A model generated the notes under the pieces. That model did not search any database. It was not told the DNA's origin and saw only the letters and a list, made by a program, of their open reading frames with translations. From Octopus vulgaris (lineage: Eukaryota), in assembly GCA_951406725.2 (NCBI GenBank), contig OX597816.1, forward strand, positions 50,468,001 to 50,532,000: a DNA stretch of 64,000 nucleotides. The letters run 5' to 3'. Below, piece by piece: positions 1 through 14,149 of the stretch (position 1 is its first letter; every line of letters starts with the position of its first letter). The translations under genes and the position numbers were made by a program.

Positions 1-848
1 TGTGTGTGTGTGTGTGTATGTGTATGTGCAAGAGTGTGTGAGTATGTGAATATATCCATTTATGTATCTGTAAAGTTAGAAAATAAAAAAAGAAAGACAT
101 TTACAGCAAATTAATGGAACCTCATGTGATAGTATCATAATAACTGTTAATCTTAAGTTTTATTAACCTAGTCATATTTTTATCCTGTACATCACTTAGA
201 ACCACTCTCTAACTTACGAACTATTAATCCATGTTGTTTCTTAACCTTAAAGATTACACAGATTATACAATTTTCTTGGGAATGTGTCTTGGTTCTGATT
301 TTGTTGATCTGATTTGTCATATAAAAATATTGCAGTAGATATCATTTGTGTGATCTGTATGAATGTGATAGGGGTTCGTAGTACTAAACATTTTCGTTTT
401 TTCATGTATCCCAAGTTTTTTCAAAACTTGATACTACAGTGATAACTTATTAATATTTCATAAAAAATTTATTTAATTTTATTCTAAACATTTCGGCTAC
501 GTAAGGATTCGATCACTTCTTACTTCGTACATTTCGACACACTCTCTTTTGCCACGCTATATATGTTGATACCAATTCTTCATTTAAAGTATTTCTTTTT
601 ACCTTCTAACTGAAAATGAATACGAACATTTCATTTGAAGTTTTAACTTTTAACTCATGAATGTGTACGGCGGCAGAAAACTGAATTTTATTATAGATTT
701 TAGGTTTTATAGATTATATCACCGACTCGATATCTCTGAGATTACCTCTGCTATAGTATCTATTTAATGCACCAAATTTCAACTTCCCTATATCCTATTG
801 TAAGTGCCTTCTATCTACCTATCTGTTACTAATATTCTGCGTTCACGT

Positions 849-1063
849 AAGGCGGCGGGATGGCAGAATTGTTAGTACGCCGGGTATAATGCTTAGCTGC
901 ATTTCGTCCATCTTTACGTTCCGAGTTCAAATTCCGGCGATGTAGCCTTTGTCTTTCACCCTTTCGGTGTCGATAATACAAGTGCCAGTTGAGCACTGGG
1001 ATCGATGTAATCGACTTGGCTCCTCTCAAGAACTGCTGGCCTCGTACCAAAACTTGAAACCAG
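849..1063 (+). mobile_element. SINE family A copy (tRNA-like head plus conserved central domain)
   Basis: Head GGCGGCGGGATGGCAGAATTGTTAG, B-box-like GAGTTCAAATTCC, then the family core (consensus GCCTTTCATCCTTTCGGGGTCGATAA..AAGTACCAGTT..CTGGGGTCGATGTAATCGACT). Recurs more than 10 times in the window. Confidence 0.85.
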
Positions 1064-2199
1064 TTTTCTGCGTCCACTATTTTACGTTCCCTATCATTCT
1101 ATCTATCACTACCTCTATTTCAATGTATATCTATATCATTTAGTCTCACACTTATCCTCTCTGCATATTTGCAAGCATCCGAGCCATGTATCCTGCTTAA
1201 GGGTACTTCCACCTACTAAATACAGAGGAATTCAATGAAAATGTTCAGAGGCGTTGTCGCTGCACCTGTGTATAAGCCGAAAACAAGAAAAAAACAGAGA
1301 AAGTTTTCTAAATCTGCCCCTGCTACAGAAAACTACAGTGTCTGCTATAGAGGAATTACCATGTAGACAACATTAATTTTCGTTGGCATATAAAACGTTA
1401 GATAAGTTCAGTTTCTGTATACAACTTACCATATCTATTTCTTTCGCCAAAGCAGACAGTAAAAGAGTACAATCCAAACGGTATGATCCAAAATTGGATT
1501 TTCATGGCTTCGACTGTTCAAATCTGAAAATATATAAAATAAATAACGATAACAACAAGAGCCACCACTTCAAAGGCAACAACGACAACCACAACGACGA
1601 TGACAGCAAATCGAGGATGAATTATTTTGCATTATTGAATCACTACATGATTTATATATGTGAAATATGTTAGTTCTCTTTATAATCGCAAGCGGCGCCA
1701 CCATTTGAAGTCATAGTAGATTTCAGTTTAATAAATATCAAAGAAAGTATTTGTTTGTTTGATTCTTCTGTAAAGCATGTGCATACATCAATGGATTGCA
1801 GAAACTTTGAATGACCTCTCTTGTAGGTGAGATCAACTGATAATCTAATATCAGTTAGGATATCAATTGATATTATATAATATCCCAATATGCACAAACG
1901 TTATACGTAAAAGAAGAAGCATCGTAATTGCTAACTGAATATTTTGCATCCTCGGTTTTAATATAAAATAGGTAAATTGTAATGCAGAGTTAACGAAAAT
2001 ATATTTTATACAACGTTGAAATAATTTTTAAATGCTGAATGTTTGTTGGATGTTAATCTTCAAACTTTGCGCAAACAAAACTTGGCATTTTCGTCACCGC
2101 ACAGTTTGAGTTGTAATAGATTGCTATTTGATCTTACGCCAGTAAACATGAATTACTTATCTCAAACTGAGTGCAAATAATGATTGATAATTCCTTCTT

Positions 2200-3400
2200 C
2201 AATCTGGACTCCCCTCACAACTTCTATCAAATATGCAAATCACAAATATTATTCTACTATGAAACAAATACATTGTCCTCCGTCTCTAATGTATCTTTCT
2301 TGTTTAGTCTACACTTTCTATTTCAGGCTTCATTCTAAAATATATTCGTGTCTGTACATAGATAAAATCTTCTCTCCCTGTCACTCACTGTTCTCACATA
2401 TTAACAACAAAGACTTCCAGTAAATCTGAATCAGATCTGTTCTCTATCTCGCTGGTTTTATTTATTATCTACCGCTCTGCGAGTCATCTGGCCAGTAGCG
2501 GCTGCTGTTCGGTTATGTATCTCCGTGTTACGAGGTTATCTCTATCACCTCACCTATCTATGAAGATATCATACTTGCTGACTTCAATGTACATAATATC
2601 TCTTGGTTCTCGTACTTTTCCAACACCATGACGGTTTGTGTATAAGCCTAATCATTCACGAGTAATATCTCTCAGCAGCAATTACTACCCTCACCTAACC
2701 CCATCAGTGACTGTCATACTGATAATTCAAATACTTTAGATCTTAGCTTCATAGACATATCCATCATCGTTTCTGTACCGATATAATTATCCAAAATCTA
2801 ATCAATGAAATGTAACGTAATTTACAGCAAATATTTATCTTTGAAATATTTTATCGTATATCAAAGCGACTATGAAGTCCGTGTTATGCTATTTCACAAG
2901 AAAAAATATGAATTCACCTATTCAAAGCCGCTAAACAACTGACCGAGAGCATGCACCTAGGTATGACTCACCACCTTACCAGCACAATTGAATTCCAATT
3001 CGAAAGCAAATAACTTGCTTCTGAGTAGTTTACAGATTCTCAATCTAACATGTGGTTACTTGCTAAATCATTAGTATCGCCAAGATTAATCATAAATCTA
3101 CCCTCGCTATATTCGTTGAAACTTTACACACTGCACCTATAAAAATAAGTTTGCTTTGTACTTCACTTTTCCCTAATTTCAAATCTCTGGCATCCACTGC
3201 AAAACCATTTTCTGTGAAATTTCTATAATCCCGAATAAGCTCTTCAGATTTTTGACCTGCCATTTCCCTCTCCTACATGCCCTATTTTTTTCATTTTTCT
3301 CAATGACAATCCGTAGCAACATATGATGGAATGCCACTTTCCTAAGAATGGTATGGTCCTTGACCGGCTAAAGGCATCACATTGCCCTTATTTGCAGTAA
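2200..3400 (+). pseudogene. Highly decayed APE-type LINE remnant (CR1/L2/Jockey-like)
   Basis: Short translated patches FIIYRS (~2460), IILADFNVHNISW (~2568-2606, GDFN-like motif) and NTLDL (~2730) occur in endonuclease order. No intact ORF; boundaries approximate. Confidence 0.4.
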
Positions 3401-5207
3401 TATCGTAGTGGGTTGTAGACAATGGCACAAAGTCAATTTTGTCTCGTGTAATGGCTGTCAAATATACAACATTGAAAACATATCACATTCTCCACATAAA
3501 TTCACAAAGACAACAGTCAACCAGGGAACCCCTTGTCTGCATGCGCAGCATCTTTGGTTACTATGGAAACAGAGTATAAAACGCTCGCTTTTGGCTACTA
3601 TGGAAACACATGTGTAAAATACTCGCTTCTGATTGGCTAGAATACCCAAATTAAAAATTTTTTAAAGGCTAATAGCTTTTTTAATTATGGATTTATAGGG
3701 GAAATGAATTTCATTTACATAATTAGTATACAAAAGGTAATCCATATACGAAATTTGAAAACAATTAGAACAAAATTGTAAACAGCGACAAAAACCACGA
3801 AGATATATGTTCTTTAAAAAACCAAATGTCACCTGATATATTTGAATATTCAAGAGACACGACATACCCATATATTATATTTATAGATAAAGAAATATGC
3901 TACTATACATTTTTACACACTAAATTAGATTGATTTATCTTTGCTCTTTGGAAGCCGCAATTGAGTACTCTGTTTAGCGGTTTATGCTTCAAAGTAGAGC
4001 TGTTTCAGCAGAAATGAAACTGAGGCAATACATTTTAGTAGTAGCTGCATATAAGTTTAAAACGGTTGCCATGTAGCTGTTTATCCACGGTTATTCTATT
4101 CATTTTTTTTTTTTTGGCAAAACAACCGTTATTTCAGACTTAAAAGGCCATACGTAGTAGTGCTTCTCTTTCGATGTTTAATTGAAGAAATATCTATAAT
4201 AAAATAGAAAAACTAATTTTCACTGATTTAATGAAAAGAATCCATAGACTTTCGTTCAATACTCTTGATGAAATATAGGCAATGCCGACATGAATTTTGT
4301 CGACTTAAAAAGAGAAAATTGATTGAGAAAAAATGAGTACGCGATGGTCATCGGAAGATGTATGCACAAATAATATCATTTCTGAACTTAAACTTATTGA
4401 AGATCATTTCAATACTATTACGACGTTAGTATTTTAATCTCTGTCCGTGTGTCAACACATTTTCACACGTATATTTCCACGCATTTTTTAAAAAAATGAG
4501 CCACCGTATTTTTCATTAACAGTAGTTTAAAAATTAACTTGTCAATTAAGTAATTATGTTGCGATGTTTCTATTTGCATAGAGCCATGCTTAATTAATGG
4601 AAAAAACTAAAAGCAAAATGCGTAACGTTATTTCGAGTTTCTTTTGTTCTTTTTTTATATAAACAGCACGCAAAAATAAAGAAACAGCCCCCAAGAAATT
4701 ATTATGCAATGGACAGAAACAAATCAATAATCATGTCGATCCCAAGGATACATATTCAGACAATTTCATGTAAAGTCCGAAGAAGAAGAAACAAGTGTAT
4801 GCGATATTACATTGAGTAGAGCAACATTTTAAAGGTAATCAAATGAATCAAGTTTCAGCCTCACAATTCCATACGGCTTTAATCACTCCATGTATTAGAA
4901 TACTGATGATGTCTAATTTAAACCATAATATCAGGAATTATGTTGAAAAAGACTTGGTCCTCAAATCTTTCAAGTAATGCCCAATATGTATTCCTATTTT
5001 AATTTAGTTTTGTATTGAACTTGTCTTTTACTTATATTTTCCTTTCGTTCAAACAGGGTGTTGCATTATTCATTGCATAATATTTGAGGCATATCTCATT
5101 AAGCACCTGGTACTGAAGGCCTTGTTTTCATCAAGATGAGGGGTAGTAAAACAGCCGAACTACAGATGAGAAACGGAACCAGGACCTATATCACAATTCC
5201 GATACTA

Positions 5208-5356
5208 TTTACTCTTTTACTCTTTTACTTGTTTCAATCATTTGACTGCGGCCATGCTGGAGCACTACTGTTAGTCGAGAAAATCGTCCGCAGTATTTAT
5301 TTTTTGTAAGCCTATTACTTATTCTATTAGTCTCTTTTGCCGAACCGCTAAGTTAC
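5208..5356 (-). mobile_element. SINE family B, 3' fragment
   Basis: (CTCTTTTA)n tail and TGACTGCGGCCATGCTGGAGCA, matching the reverse complement of the 29785-30178 copy. Confidence 0.85.
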
Positions 5357-5629
5357 ACTAAATGTACCGGAGTAAAAAAAACAGGTACGGTATTGAGCAG
5401 CTACTTGAAATATGATAGGCAAAATTCACATGGGTGGGGTGAAAATTTAACTCATTATACTATATTGTAAATGTTTGCATCAGGTACTCTAACCATTCTC
5501 GCAATTCACCGACTGAGAGAAGTTATTCTGACGAAACTAGTGCAAGTGTCTATTCGAAGAGTATTGAGGTTATATATGGAAATAAAAAATATATATACAT
5601 ATGTGCGCGTGCATGTAAGGGAGAAATCT

Positions 5630-6270
<641 letters not shown>

Positions 6271-6932
6271 TGTTTAAGCATTATCTGTCATTACCTCTAA
6301 CCTTTCTTTAAATTTCTACAAATATGTTGTCTTTTTCTCTTTATTTTCATCGCTGTACTGGCATTTACCGCACCTCACAAACACTTGTAAGACCTTCATC
6401 TTCCTAAGTTTGCACTTTTCCGCTTTATTCGGTACTTTAAATAGAAGGAAAAAAAAATTGTAAGCCTCTTTGATCCCAATTTATTTAGCCTGTAATACAA
6501 GCTGACATTTTATCGCCATTCGACAACTTAATTCGCATTACAGAATCTGTTCAGGGAATAACAATTAATACTTAACATTGTCAACATTAATCACTATAAT
6601 TCCTAATTTAATGTTTGTCGTTGTTTAAAACAGGAATGATTAGCACCAAGCAGTTATTGTCCCTTCGTTATTACAGCGAATTATTAATCGTTATAGTAGG
6701 AGAAATCGGCTGGAAAGTAGATTAATGACGTTGGACGAAACCGGCAACATGAGATTAAATTGAGAAAATGGCAAGAGATAAAAACGTACACCTTGTTTTG
6801 CAATGATGAAACAAGAAAACACTCCGTGGTTTCAAAAGTATGCGTGTACACCCATTCACTCTTGTACAAACATGTATGTATATATGTGTGCATGTAGGTA
6901 GGTTTATGTAAATATATACATTCACACACACA

Positions 6933-6978
<46 letters not shown>

Positions 6979-6980
6979 TT

Positions 6981-7162
6981 ATCTTTTATCTTTTACTTGT
7001 TTCAGTCACTGGACTGCGGCCATGCCGGGGCACCACCGCCAAGGGATTATAAGAAGAAATCGTCCCATCCGTCATGTTTAGAGCCTGGTAATAATGATAT
7101 CTATCGCTTTTAACTAACCACTAGGTAACGGGAGTGTAAACAAACGAACAGAGGTTGTCAAA
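6981..7162 (-). mobile_element. SINE family B, diverged 3' part
   Basis: CTTTTACTTGTTTCAGTCACTGGACTGCGGCCATGCCGGGGCACC matches the family B 3' end. Confidence 0.75.
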
Positions 7163-7644
7163 CACTTTTTACAAACACTTTTTATTGCAATAACACAAAC
7201 GCACGTGGAAAAAAAAAATGATGATGCTACGATTCTCTCTGGTCGAACACAACTTCTCTATTCACAAACAATACAGAACAGCCCTTCCTTAATTTTTCTT
7301 AAGCCTAATAGTAGTAAACATCTGAACTTTTTTTTACCGATAGGACCGCACCTAAATAAAAAAAAAAAATATATCACTGATGGTGATGGTGATGTTGGTG
7401 ATGATGATAATAATGATAGTAATAGTGCTGATAATCTATCTCTCTATCTACACACACACTCAAAGAGTTCAACCAACACACAGAAAGTATTATTTGACAG
7501 GCAAGAACTCTAGTGTTGAAGACAGTCAGCCAGCCAACCAGCAAGCCAGCCAACGAGAGAGACAGACACTACTGTGATGGTGATAAGGATAAAAAAACAA
7601 AAATAACAATAATAAGATACTGCTGTGACTACACATAAAACAAT

Positions 7645-7752
7645 ATCATTGATGATGATGGTGGTGATGGTGATGGTGATGATGATAATGATGATGGTAA
7701 TGGTGGTGATAATGATGATAGTGATGGTAATGGTGATGATAATAACAACAAT
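7645..7752. repeat. Degenerate (GAT/GGT/AAT)n trinucleotide repeat
   Basis: Visible triplet run just upstream of the retrotransposon. Confidence 0.9.
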
Positions 7753-7863
7753 AAGCCGACTACGGCTGCTATAATGGTACGATTACAATTGTAACGGCAA
7801 TGATGGCCGTCTCCCCACGAGCCAATCAAAGCTAAAAAATGATAACATTATCGTAGCACCAAA

Positions 7864-9165
7864 ATGTTTTTGGAAACTAAAAGGAAAACTATATCAGTAT
7901 ACCAAATCGCTTGTCCTATGATTAATCTGGAAGCGCGTCCCCCAGGGAAGAGCCAGCCTGGGATCGAAAAGTCATCAACTGGCACAAACTCTTCTCCGAA
8001 TACGGACATGGATGGTCACTTGAACGGGAAATCCCCCAACTCGAGCCCTCCAAGTTCACCACCACAACCACCACAGAAAGAAAAATGTAAGCGGAACAAA
8101 TGGACCCGAGAAGAGTATAAAGAAGTAATATACGCTTATTACTATGCATTAGGTAGGCCATCCCAAGAGAGACACACCGCAAACTCTTACAGTATATGGA
8201 GAACACGGAATCAAGACAGTAGGCCCTATTTGGACGAGAACAAATTAGCAAATGTGAGGGGGGATATCTTTAGAAATAACAGACTCACAGACAGTGAAAT
8301 AAGCGCGATCAAGCACGCAACGGAAAATGACATAAATATAAGACACAAAGGAAATGAAGAATCAGATGAACAGTATAGCCCGCCACGAGGCTTAATTGAA
8401 AGACTGCCATCTGACCAAAGTAGGCAAAGGCCTGAAGATACAAGAAATTCTATTGTACCAGTTAAAGATAGCCAGGAAAACGAAAAAACAACAGTAACTG
8501 AAGATCTCGCATTTGCTGAAGAACACAGAGAGTCTATGGCAGAAATGAGGCAGAAAATCCTGAATACGCTTGAAGTTGTAAGACATACAAGTATGAATGA
8601 TAGAGAACCGCTTCATAAACTCTCAAATACAAACCAAAATAAAAAACAAATCCAAATTGGCAACTATGTAACAAATGAAATAATACGAGAATTAAAACAT
8701 GATTTTACTGAGTTAAATGGAATTATTTACGCTTCTGCTAGGGCAATTGAAACCAGCTGTATGCCCCCGAAAAAACAAAGAAAACAAAACCTGGGAAGAA
8801 ATCAAACCTGGAGAAGTAAAATTGAAAAAGAGATTGAATTTATGAGAGGGGAAATATCAATATTAAATGAACTAATATGTGGAAATGATGTAAGATCCAG
8901 AACAGGAAGAAAGATGAAGAGAAAATTTGGATCCTCACCAAGAGAAGAACTGATATCAATAAAAGAAACGCTGAAACAAAAATTCCAAGCAAAAGCCCAA
9001 AGAATACGAATATTTGAGAAGAGAAACAAGTTTTACAAGCAAAATAAGCTGTTCACATCCAATGCCAAAAAATTCTACAGAGAAATAGGGAAGGAGAAAG
9101 TATCCATTAAAGACCCCCCCTCCCATGGAAGAAGTTCAAAACTTTTGGAAAAGGATTTGGAGTGA
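7864..9165 (+). pseudogene. N-terminal half of the retrotransposon ORF
   Basis: KWTREEYKEVIYAYY-like N-terminal motif and basic R4-type region QNKLFTSNAKKFYR. Shifts +1 at the C-run near 9114-9124 into the frame MEEVQNFWKRIWSD*, which is the frame of the RT ORF. Confidence 0.85.
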
Positions 9166-11530
9166 CTAGAAGACGTACAACATAAATGCAGACTGGATTA
9201 TACAAACTGAAGGATCCTACCAAAATTTACAACAAGCATGGGATGACATCACAATAGCAGACCTAAGAAAGGCACTCACGAAGGCCCATAATTGGAAATC
9301 CCCCGGTAAAGATAGGGTGCCGAACTTCTGGCTCGCATCGCTCCCATGCGCACACGGTAAGCTAGTTCAGCTGCTCAATGGAATTATTAGAGACCCAAAG
9401 AAAACACCTGAATGGTTAGCAAGTGGCATTACTTACCTACTCCCAAAAAATAACGAAACCAACCTTCCAAAAAGCTATCGGCCTATAACCTGTCTATCCA
9501 CCACGTATAAAATCCTAACATATGCATTCATGGAGAAGAACGATATTTTCCCCATTGAACAAAAAGGGTGCCGCCGAGTCTCTTACGGATGCAAAGATCA
9601 ACTGCTAATCAATCGTATGATCCTTGAGAACTGTCACAACAAGCGCAGAAATCTCAGCACCGCATGGATTGACTATGAAAAGGCCTTCGACAGTATACCG
9701 CATCCATGGATCTTGAGATCGCTGGACATCTTCAAAATTTCCCCTGTGATTTCAAACTTCCTGAAGCACAATATGTCGTTGCGGAATACGAATCTCCAAT
9801 TATACCACTCTAATGGAGTACTTGCCTCAGAAAATATAAACATCAACTGTGGAATTTTTCTAGGTGACTCACTTTTACCTTTAATATTCTGCATAGCCCT
9901 AATACCCCTTACAAGTGAATTAAACAGAACAGGGTATGGGTATAAAATTGCCAATAAAAAAATAAGCCATCTATTTTATATGGATGACTTAAAACTTTAT
10001 GGTAAAGTCAATAATGAACTTGAAGGCCTATTGCGCACCGTGAAAGCATTCAGCGATGACATCGGGATGGAGTTTGGACTTGAGAAGTGTGCCAAGGCCA
10101 CTTTCCAGAAAGGGAAAGTGAAGACCACAAATTCAGTCGTGTTAGATGTTGACACAGTCATAAGAGAGCTTGAGCAAGAACAAACATACAAATATTTAGG
10201 GATAAATGAAAGCTCTGGTATTCAGCATGCAAGCATGGAAGAGAAAATCAGGAAGGAATGTTATAGGAGAGTTCGTGCAGCCCTGAAATCTGAACTAAAT
10301 GCACGTAACAAGGTGTTAGCTATAAATTCCCTAGCAGTTTCAGTTGTTACTTATAGCTACAATGTGTTGAACTGGAATATGAGTGAAGTAAAGAATATAG
10401 ATAGAAAAATACGCAAGCTGCTGAGTTGTAATAGGATGCACCACCCAAAGGCAGACGTAGATCGCCTTTACCTTCCCAGAGCCCAAGGAGGTCGAGGCCT
10501 GATCCAATTTGAACTAGCTTACAAAACAACCACAATTGGACTGGCCAAATATCTCGAAATATCGAATGACTGGATGCTAAAGCTCGTGGAAAATCACGAG
10601 AGACGAAAGAAGCTCCATTCTATCATCAAGGAAAGCAACAAATTTGCTATTGATCTCGTGCAGGATACCCAAACTGAACAACCCGAGGGAAGTACGGCAA
10701 CTATTGTTGCAAAGAAGGTGAAAATGATGGCAATGAAAAAAGCGCACGAGCAATTGGCTGATAGGTGGGAGGAGAAACCTCTGCACGGCAAATATGTGAC
10801 CTGCAGCAAACAAGCTGATGTTGACCAGAAGCAAACCCATCAGTGGCTGCGGAGCTCAGGGCTAAAAGCAGAGAGCGAAGGTTTCATCCTGGCTGCTCAA
10901 GACCAAAGCCTATTAACCCGGAACTACCAGGCCAATGTGATGAAAAATGGAGCAGACCAAAAATGCCGATTCTGCAACGACATGATTAAAACAGTGGACC
11001 ACCTAATCTCTGGATGTAAAGTCTTAGCACCAGTGGAGTATAAATTAAGACATGACAGAATTGGCCAATATCTCCACTGGCTAATAAGTCGGCATTACAA
11101 TATCAAAACTGCCGACAAGTGGTATAATCACCACCCTGAGGCTGTAACTGAAGGAGAAAATGTAACCATTCTGTGGGACTTTCCAGTACATACAGACCGA
11201 ACCATCAAGGCCAATAAACCAGATATTGTTGTGAAAGACCAAAACAATAAAGTTTGCTTATTGATCGACATGAGCATCCCCTGTGATCATAATATCTTAG
11301 CGAAAGAGTTTGACAAGCTCAGAAAATATAAAGACCTACTCATTGAAATTGAGAAAATGTGGCATCTCAAGGCGGTTACAATACCAGTGATCGTAGGAGC
11401 ACTAGGAATGATCAAGAAGGGAACCGAAAATTATATGAGAATGATCCCTGGCTTACCATCCCTGCAAGAAGTGCAAAAGATTGTCTTAACTGGTACATCA
11501 CACGTATTGAGAAGAGCATTGTCGATGTGA
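9125..11530 (+). pseudogene. Reverse transcriptase + CCHC zinc finger + restriction-like endonuclease (in-frame TAG at 9167-9169)
   Basis: KSPGKD, YRPITCL, WIDYEKAFDS, GIFLGDSLLP (QGD motif altered), LFYMDDLKL, YKYLG, CRFC..HLISGC, RHD, KPDIVV..LIDMSIP..KLRKY. Confidence 0.93.
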
Positions 11531-11704
11531 GAACTGTTGCTGCTCATGTATTTTAATTTAACTTTAAAAAAAAAAAAAAATGAACGAACTACTGAGTTTG
11601 GTTTAATGGCCTACCAATATACACTATGAGTTTCTTTGCCCTAGGAGTCGGGAAGACACTCGGCAAGAAATGGAAGAAAATTTGAAAGAAGAAAAAAAAA
11701 GTAT

Positions 11705-11760
11705 TAATAATAATAATAGTAATAATAATAATAATAATAATCCTAATAATAATAATAATG

Positions 11761-11825
<65 letters not shown>

Positions 11826-11845
11826 TATAATAATAATAATAATAA
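11705..11845. repeat. (TAA)n microsatellite at the retrotransposon 3' junction
   Basis: About 140 bp of TAA triplets abutting the 3' UTR. Confidence 0.95.
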
Positions 11846-12322
11846 AAACAGAGTTAGGGAGTATAACTGTAAACATACAGGAAAAAATTCAATTTAGTAT
11901 TAAATCAAATTCACAATATAAATATATAATATATATAAATTAGAGAAAGAAAAAAATATATATTAATGTATAAATGCACGTGTATGGATGTGTTTGTATA
12001 AATACTAATTAAGCTGATGATGATAAATAAATATATATTTAATTAAATAGACATAAACAACGAACACACGTACAAACACGTATGTATAAAGTATATTGTG
12101 AAGAAAATTAATGGAATTAAAGTATTTATTGCAGATATGTCTCTAGTACACTTAGATTGATTCGTTAATTCGGTTAGAGTTTGTCAGCTTTCAGATTTTG
12201 CAAAGCGTAGGTAGGTTACGGATGGGTCTTCACATACATGCTTCTGTATATGCGAGTATGCAAGTATGTATTGATCATGCACAATCACCTCTATGTCTGT
12301 ACACATATACACACCCACACGA

Positions 12323-12392
<70 letters not shown>

Positions 12393-12393
12393 C

Positions 12394-12568
12394 GCTAAAT
12401 ACACAAGTTATTTATTCTCTCTCTGTTTATTTTCTCTTATTCCTTTCTGTTTAAGAGCGTAGCCTCGAAATGTAAAAGACTTTCTTACTTTCCCCAGCGT
12501 CAAATTAATACACCTTCTTGTTGTTCACGCACCTGTCTTCGTCTTTTGTCTTTCTGTAAATTTCAACT
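12394..12568 (+). mobile_element. Short (TA)n-flanked module with decayed minimal hammerhead (relative of 48725-48946)
   Basis: CTTT-CTGTTTA-A-GAGCGTAGCCTC-GAAAT-GTA-AAAG at 12443-12478 aligns with the intact motif at 48808, but the core is mutated. Its tail TGTCTTCGTCTTTTGT recurs near 54250. Confidence 0.6.
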
Positions 12569-12869
12569 ATATATATATATATATATACAGATAGATAAAT
12601 TCAAATATATACTTACATATACATGTAAATTAATCTTTAACATTAACGCGATTATTGACAGTGACTTTCGTCCAGCTAATCCATCATCAGACAGCTTCAG
12701 GATGGTATATCTAGAAGAAACTTCGAAGTGACTTCCAGTACTATTCTCGATAAAGTATAACAATTTGGACGCTGCATATTCACTTTAATGTAAAATTGAT
12801 TTTCTATAACGCAAAAGAAAGAAGACACACACACACAAACCCGAACACACAAACACAAGCTACACGCTC

Positions 12870-12871
12870 TG

Positions 12872-12949
<78 letters not shown>

Positions 12950-12974
12950 TTATCTCTCTCTCTCTCTCTCTCTC

Positions 12975-13016
<42 letters not shown>

Positions 13017-13018
13017 TA
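12870..13018. repeat. (TATC)n/(TC)n/(TA)n microsatellite
   Basis: Directly visible. Confidence 0.95.
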
Positions 13019-13395
13019 CGTTTGGTATATTATGTGTAGCTTTCTTCTAAAAGGAAGCCAAATTTACATAAAACAGAAAGGCGACAACCTGGCGTCGAAT
13101 GGTTAGGAATTTTGTTCTCTGTATATTTGAACTTGATCTTTCGTTTAAGAGTAACCTCATCACGCAATGTCACTTAGTTATTGATCTATGCTGGCACCAA
13201 TGCACGTATGTCTAAATTGCAGTTGACAAGCTATCGGAAGTTGAACAATCAAAAATTTTGATAGCAGCATTTTATGTAGAATTACGCTTCAATTTAGGAA
13301 AATCTTAACGAAGACATTTCTATTATGGTAAAAGTCTTGTGGAGTGGATTGTTTAAACTATATGTATTTTCAGTAGTCATAGCAGCATTTCAAAT

Positions 13396-13596
13396 TCAGA
13401 TAAACGTCCAACAATTATGATCCTTATTCTGGAAGATTATCCATGACATCGGATTACAGTCAGTTTGAGAAATTGCGTGCCAGTATCTAACGAAAGTGTG
13501 GATGTCTGTCTTAAAAATTTCAAGGAAGTAATCATTCTTAAAATTTCGTGCGACAAGACTCAAAACGAAAGATGCAAATAACAAATGTTGCTGCAA
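13396..13596 (-). pseudogene. Decayed Tc1/mariner-type transposase fragment
   Basis: WHAISQTDCNPMSWI resembles the WPxxSPDLNPxDxxW motif. No other motifs intact. Confidence 0.4.
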
Positions 13597-13728
13597 TATT
13601 TATGAACAAATAGGGATCGTAAACAATTGTTTAAAAAGTTTTGTAGTTTAACTACTGATGATTAAGTCATGACAGATGATTAAATGAAACATTTGGCTAA
13701 CGTTGCTCACTGTCATGAAATACATACA

Positions 13729-13785
<57 letters not shown>

Positions 13786-13787
<2 letters not shown>

Positions 13788-14054
13788 TAACAATTGAGGA
13801 TAAAATCTTTAAAAGAAATTATCAGTAGTCAGCGTGAAAAACCTCGTAAGAGAAAAAATCCGTAAATTCTTCCTCTTTGAAAATATTCATTTATATTTTA
13901 TATTATATTGAGGGTACTACTATTCGTAGATACCAACACGCTAAGAGGGACCAATGTGGTCAAAACTACTAAAAATATTTTTAGTAGTTTTGACCACATT
14001 GGTCCCTCTTAGCGTGTTGGTATCTACGAATAGTAGTACCCTCAATATAATATA
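13786..14054. repeat. Inverted fragment of the 496-bp HHR unit, forming a perfect 156-bp palindrome (13899-14054)
   Basis: 13786-13976 is the reverse complement of the terminal segment of the 19244-20450 array. Centre AAAAAT|ATTTTT at 13976/13977. (TA)n on both sides. Confidence 0.95.
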
Positions 14055-14103
14055 TATATATATACATATATATATATACATATATATATACATACATATA
14101 TAT

Positions 14104-14149
<46 letters not shown>

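Larger units (their letters stand above)
7850..11704 (+). mobile_element. RLE-type non-LTR retrotransposon, R4/Dong-like, near full length
   Basis: One ancestral ORF with RT plus a C-terminal CCHC finger and restriction-like endonuclease. A ~170-bp 3' UTR runs directly into a (TAA)n array. The 5' boundary is approximate. Confidence 0.9.

Noticed and set aside
7755-7840. Possible HDV-like ribozyme at the retrotransposon 5' end (GGCT..CGT-CTCCCC-ACG-AGCC..GCTAA)
   Set aside because: Only a 4-bp P1 and 3-bp P3 can be drawn. No GG for P1.1 and no convincing P2/P4.
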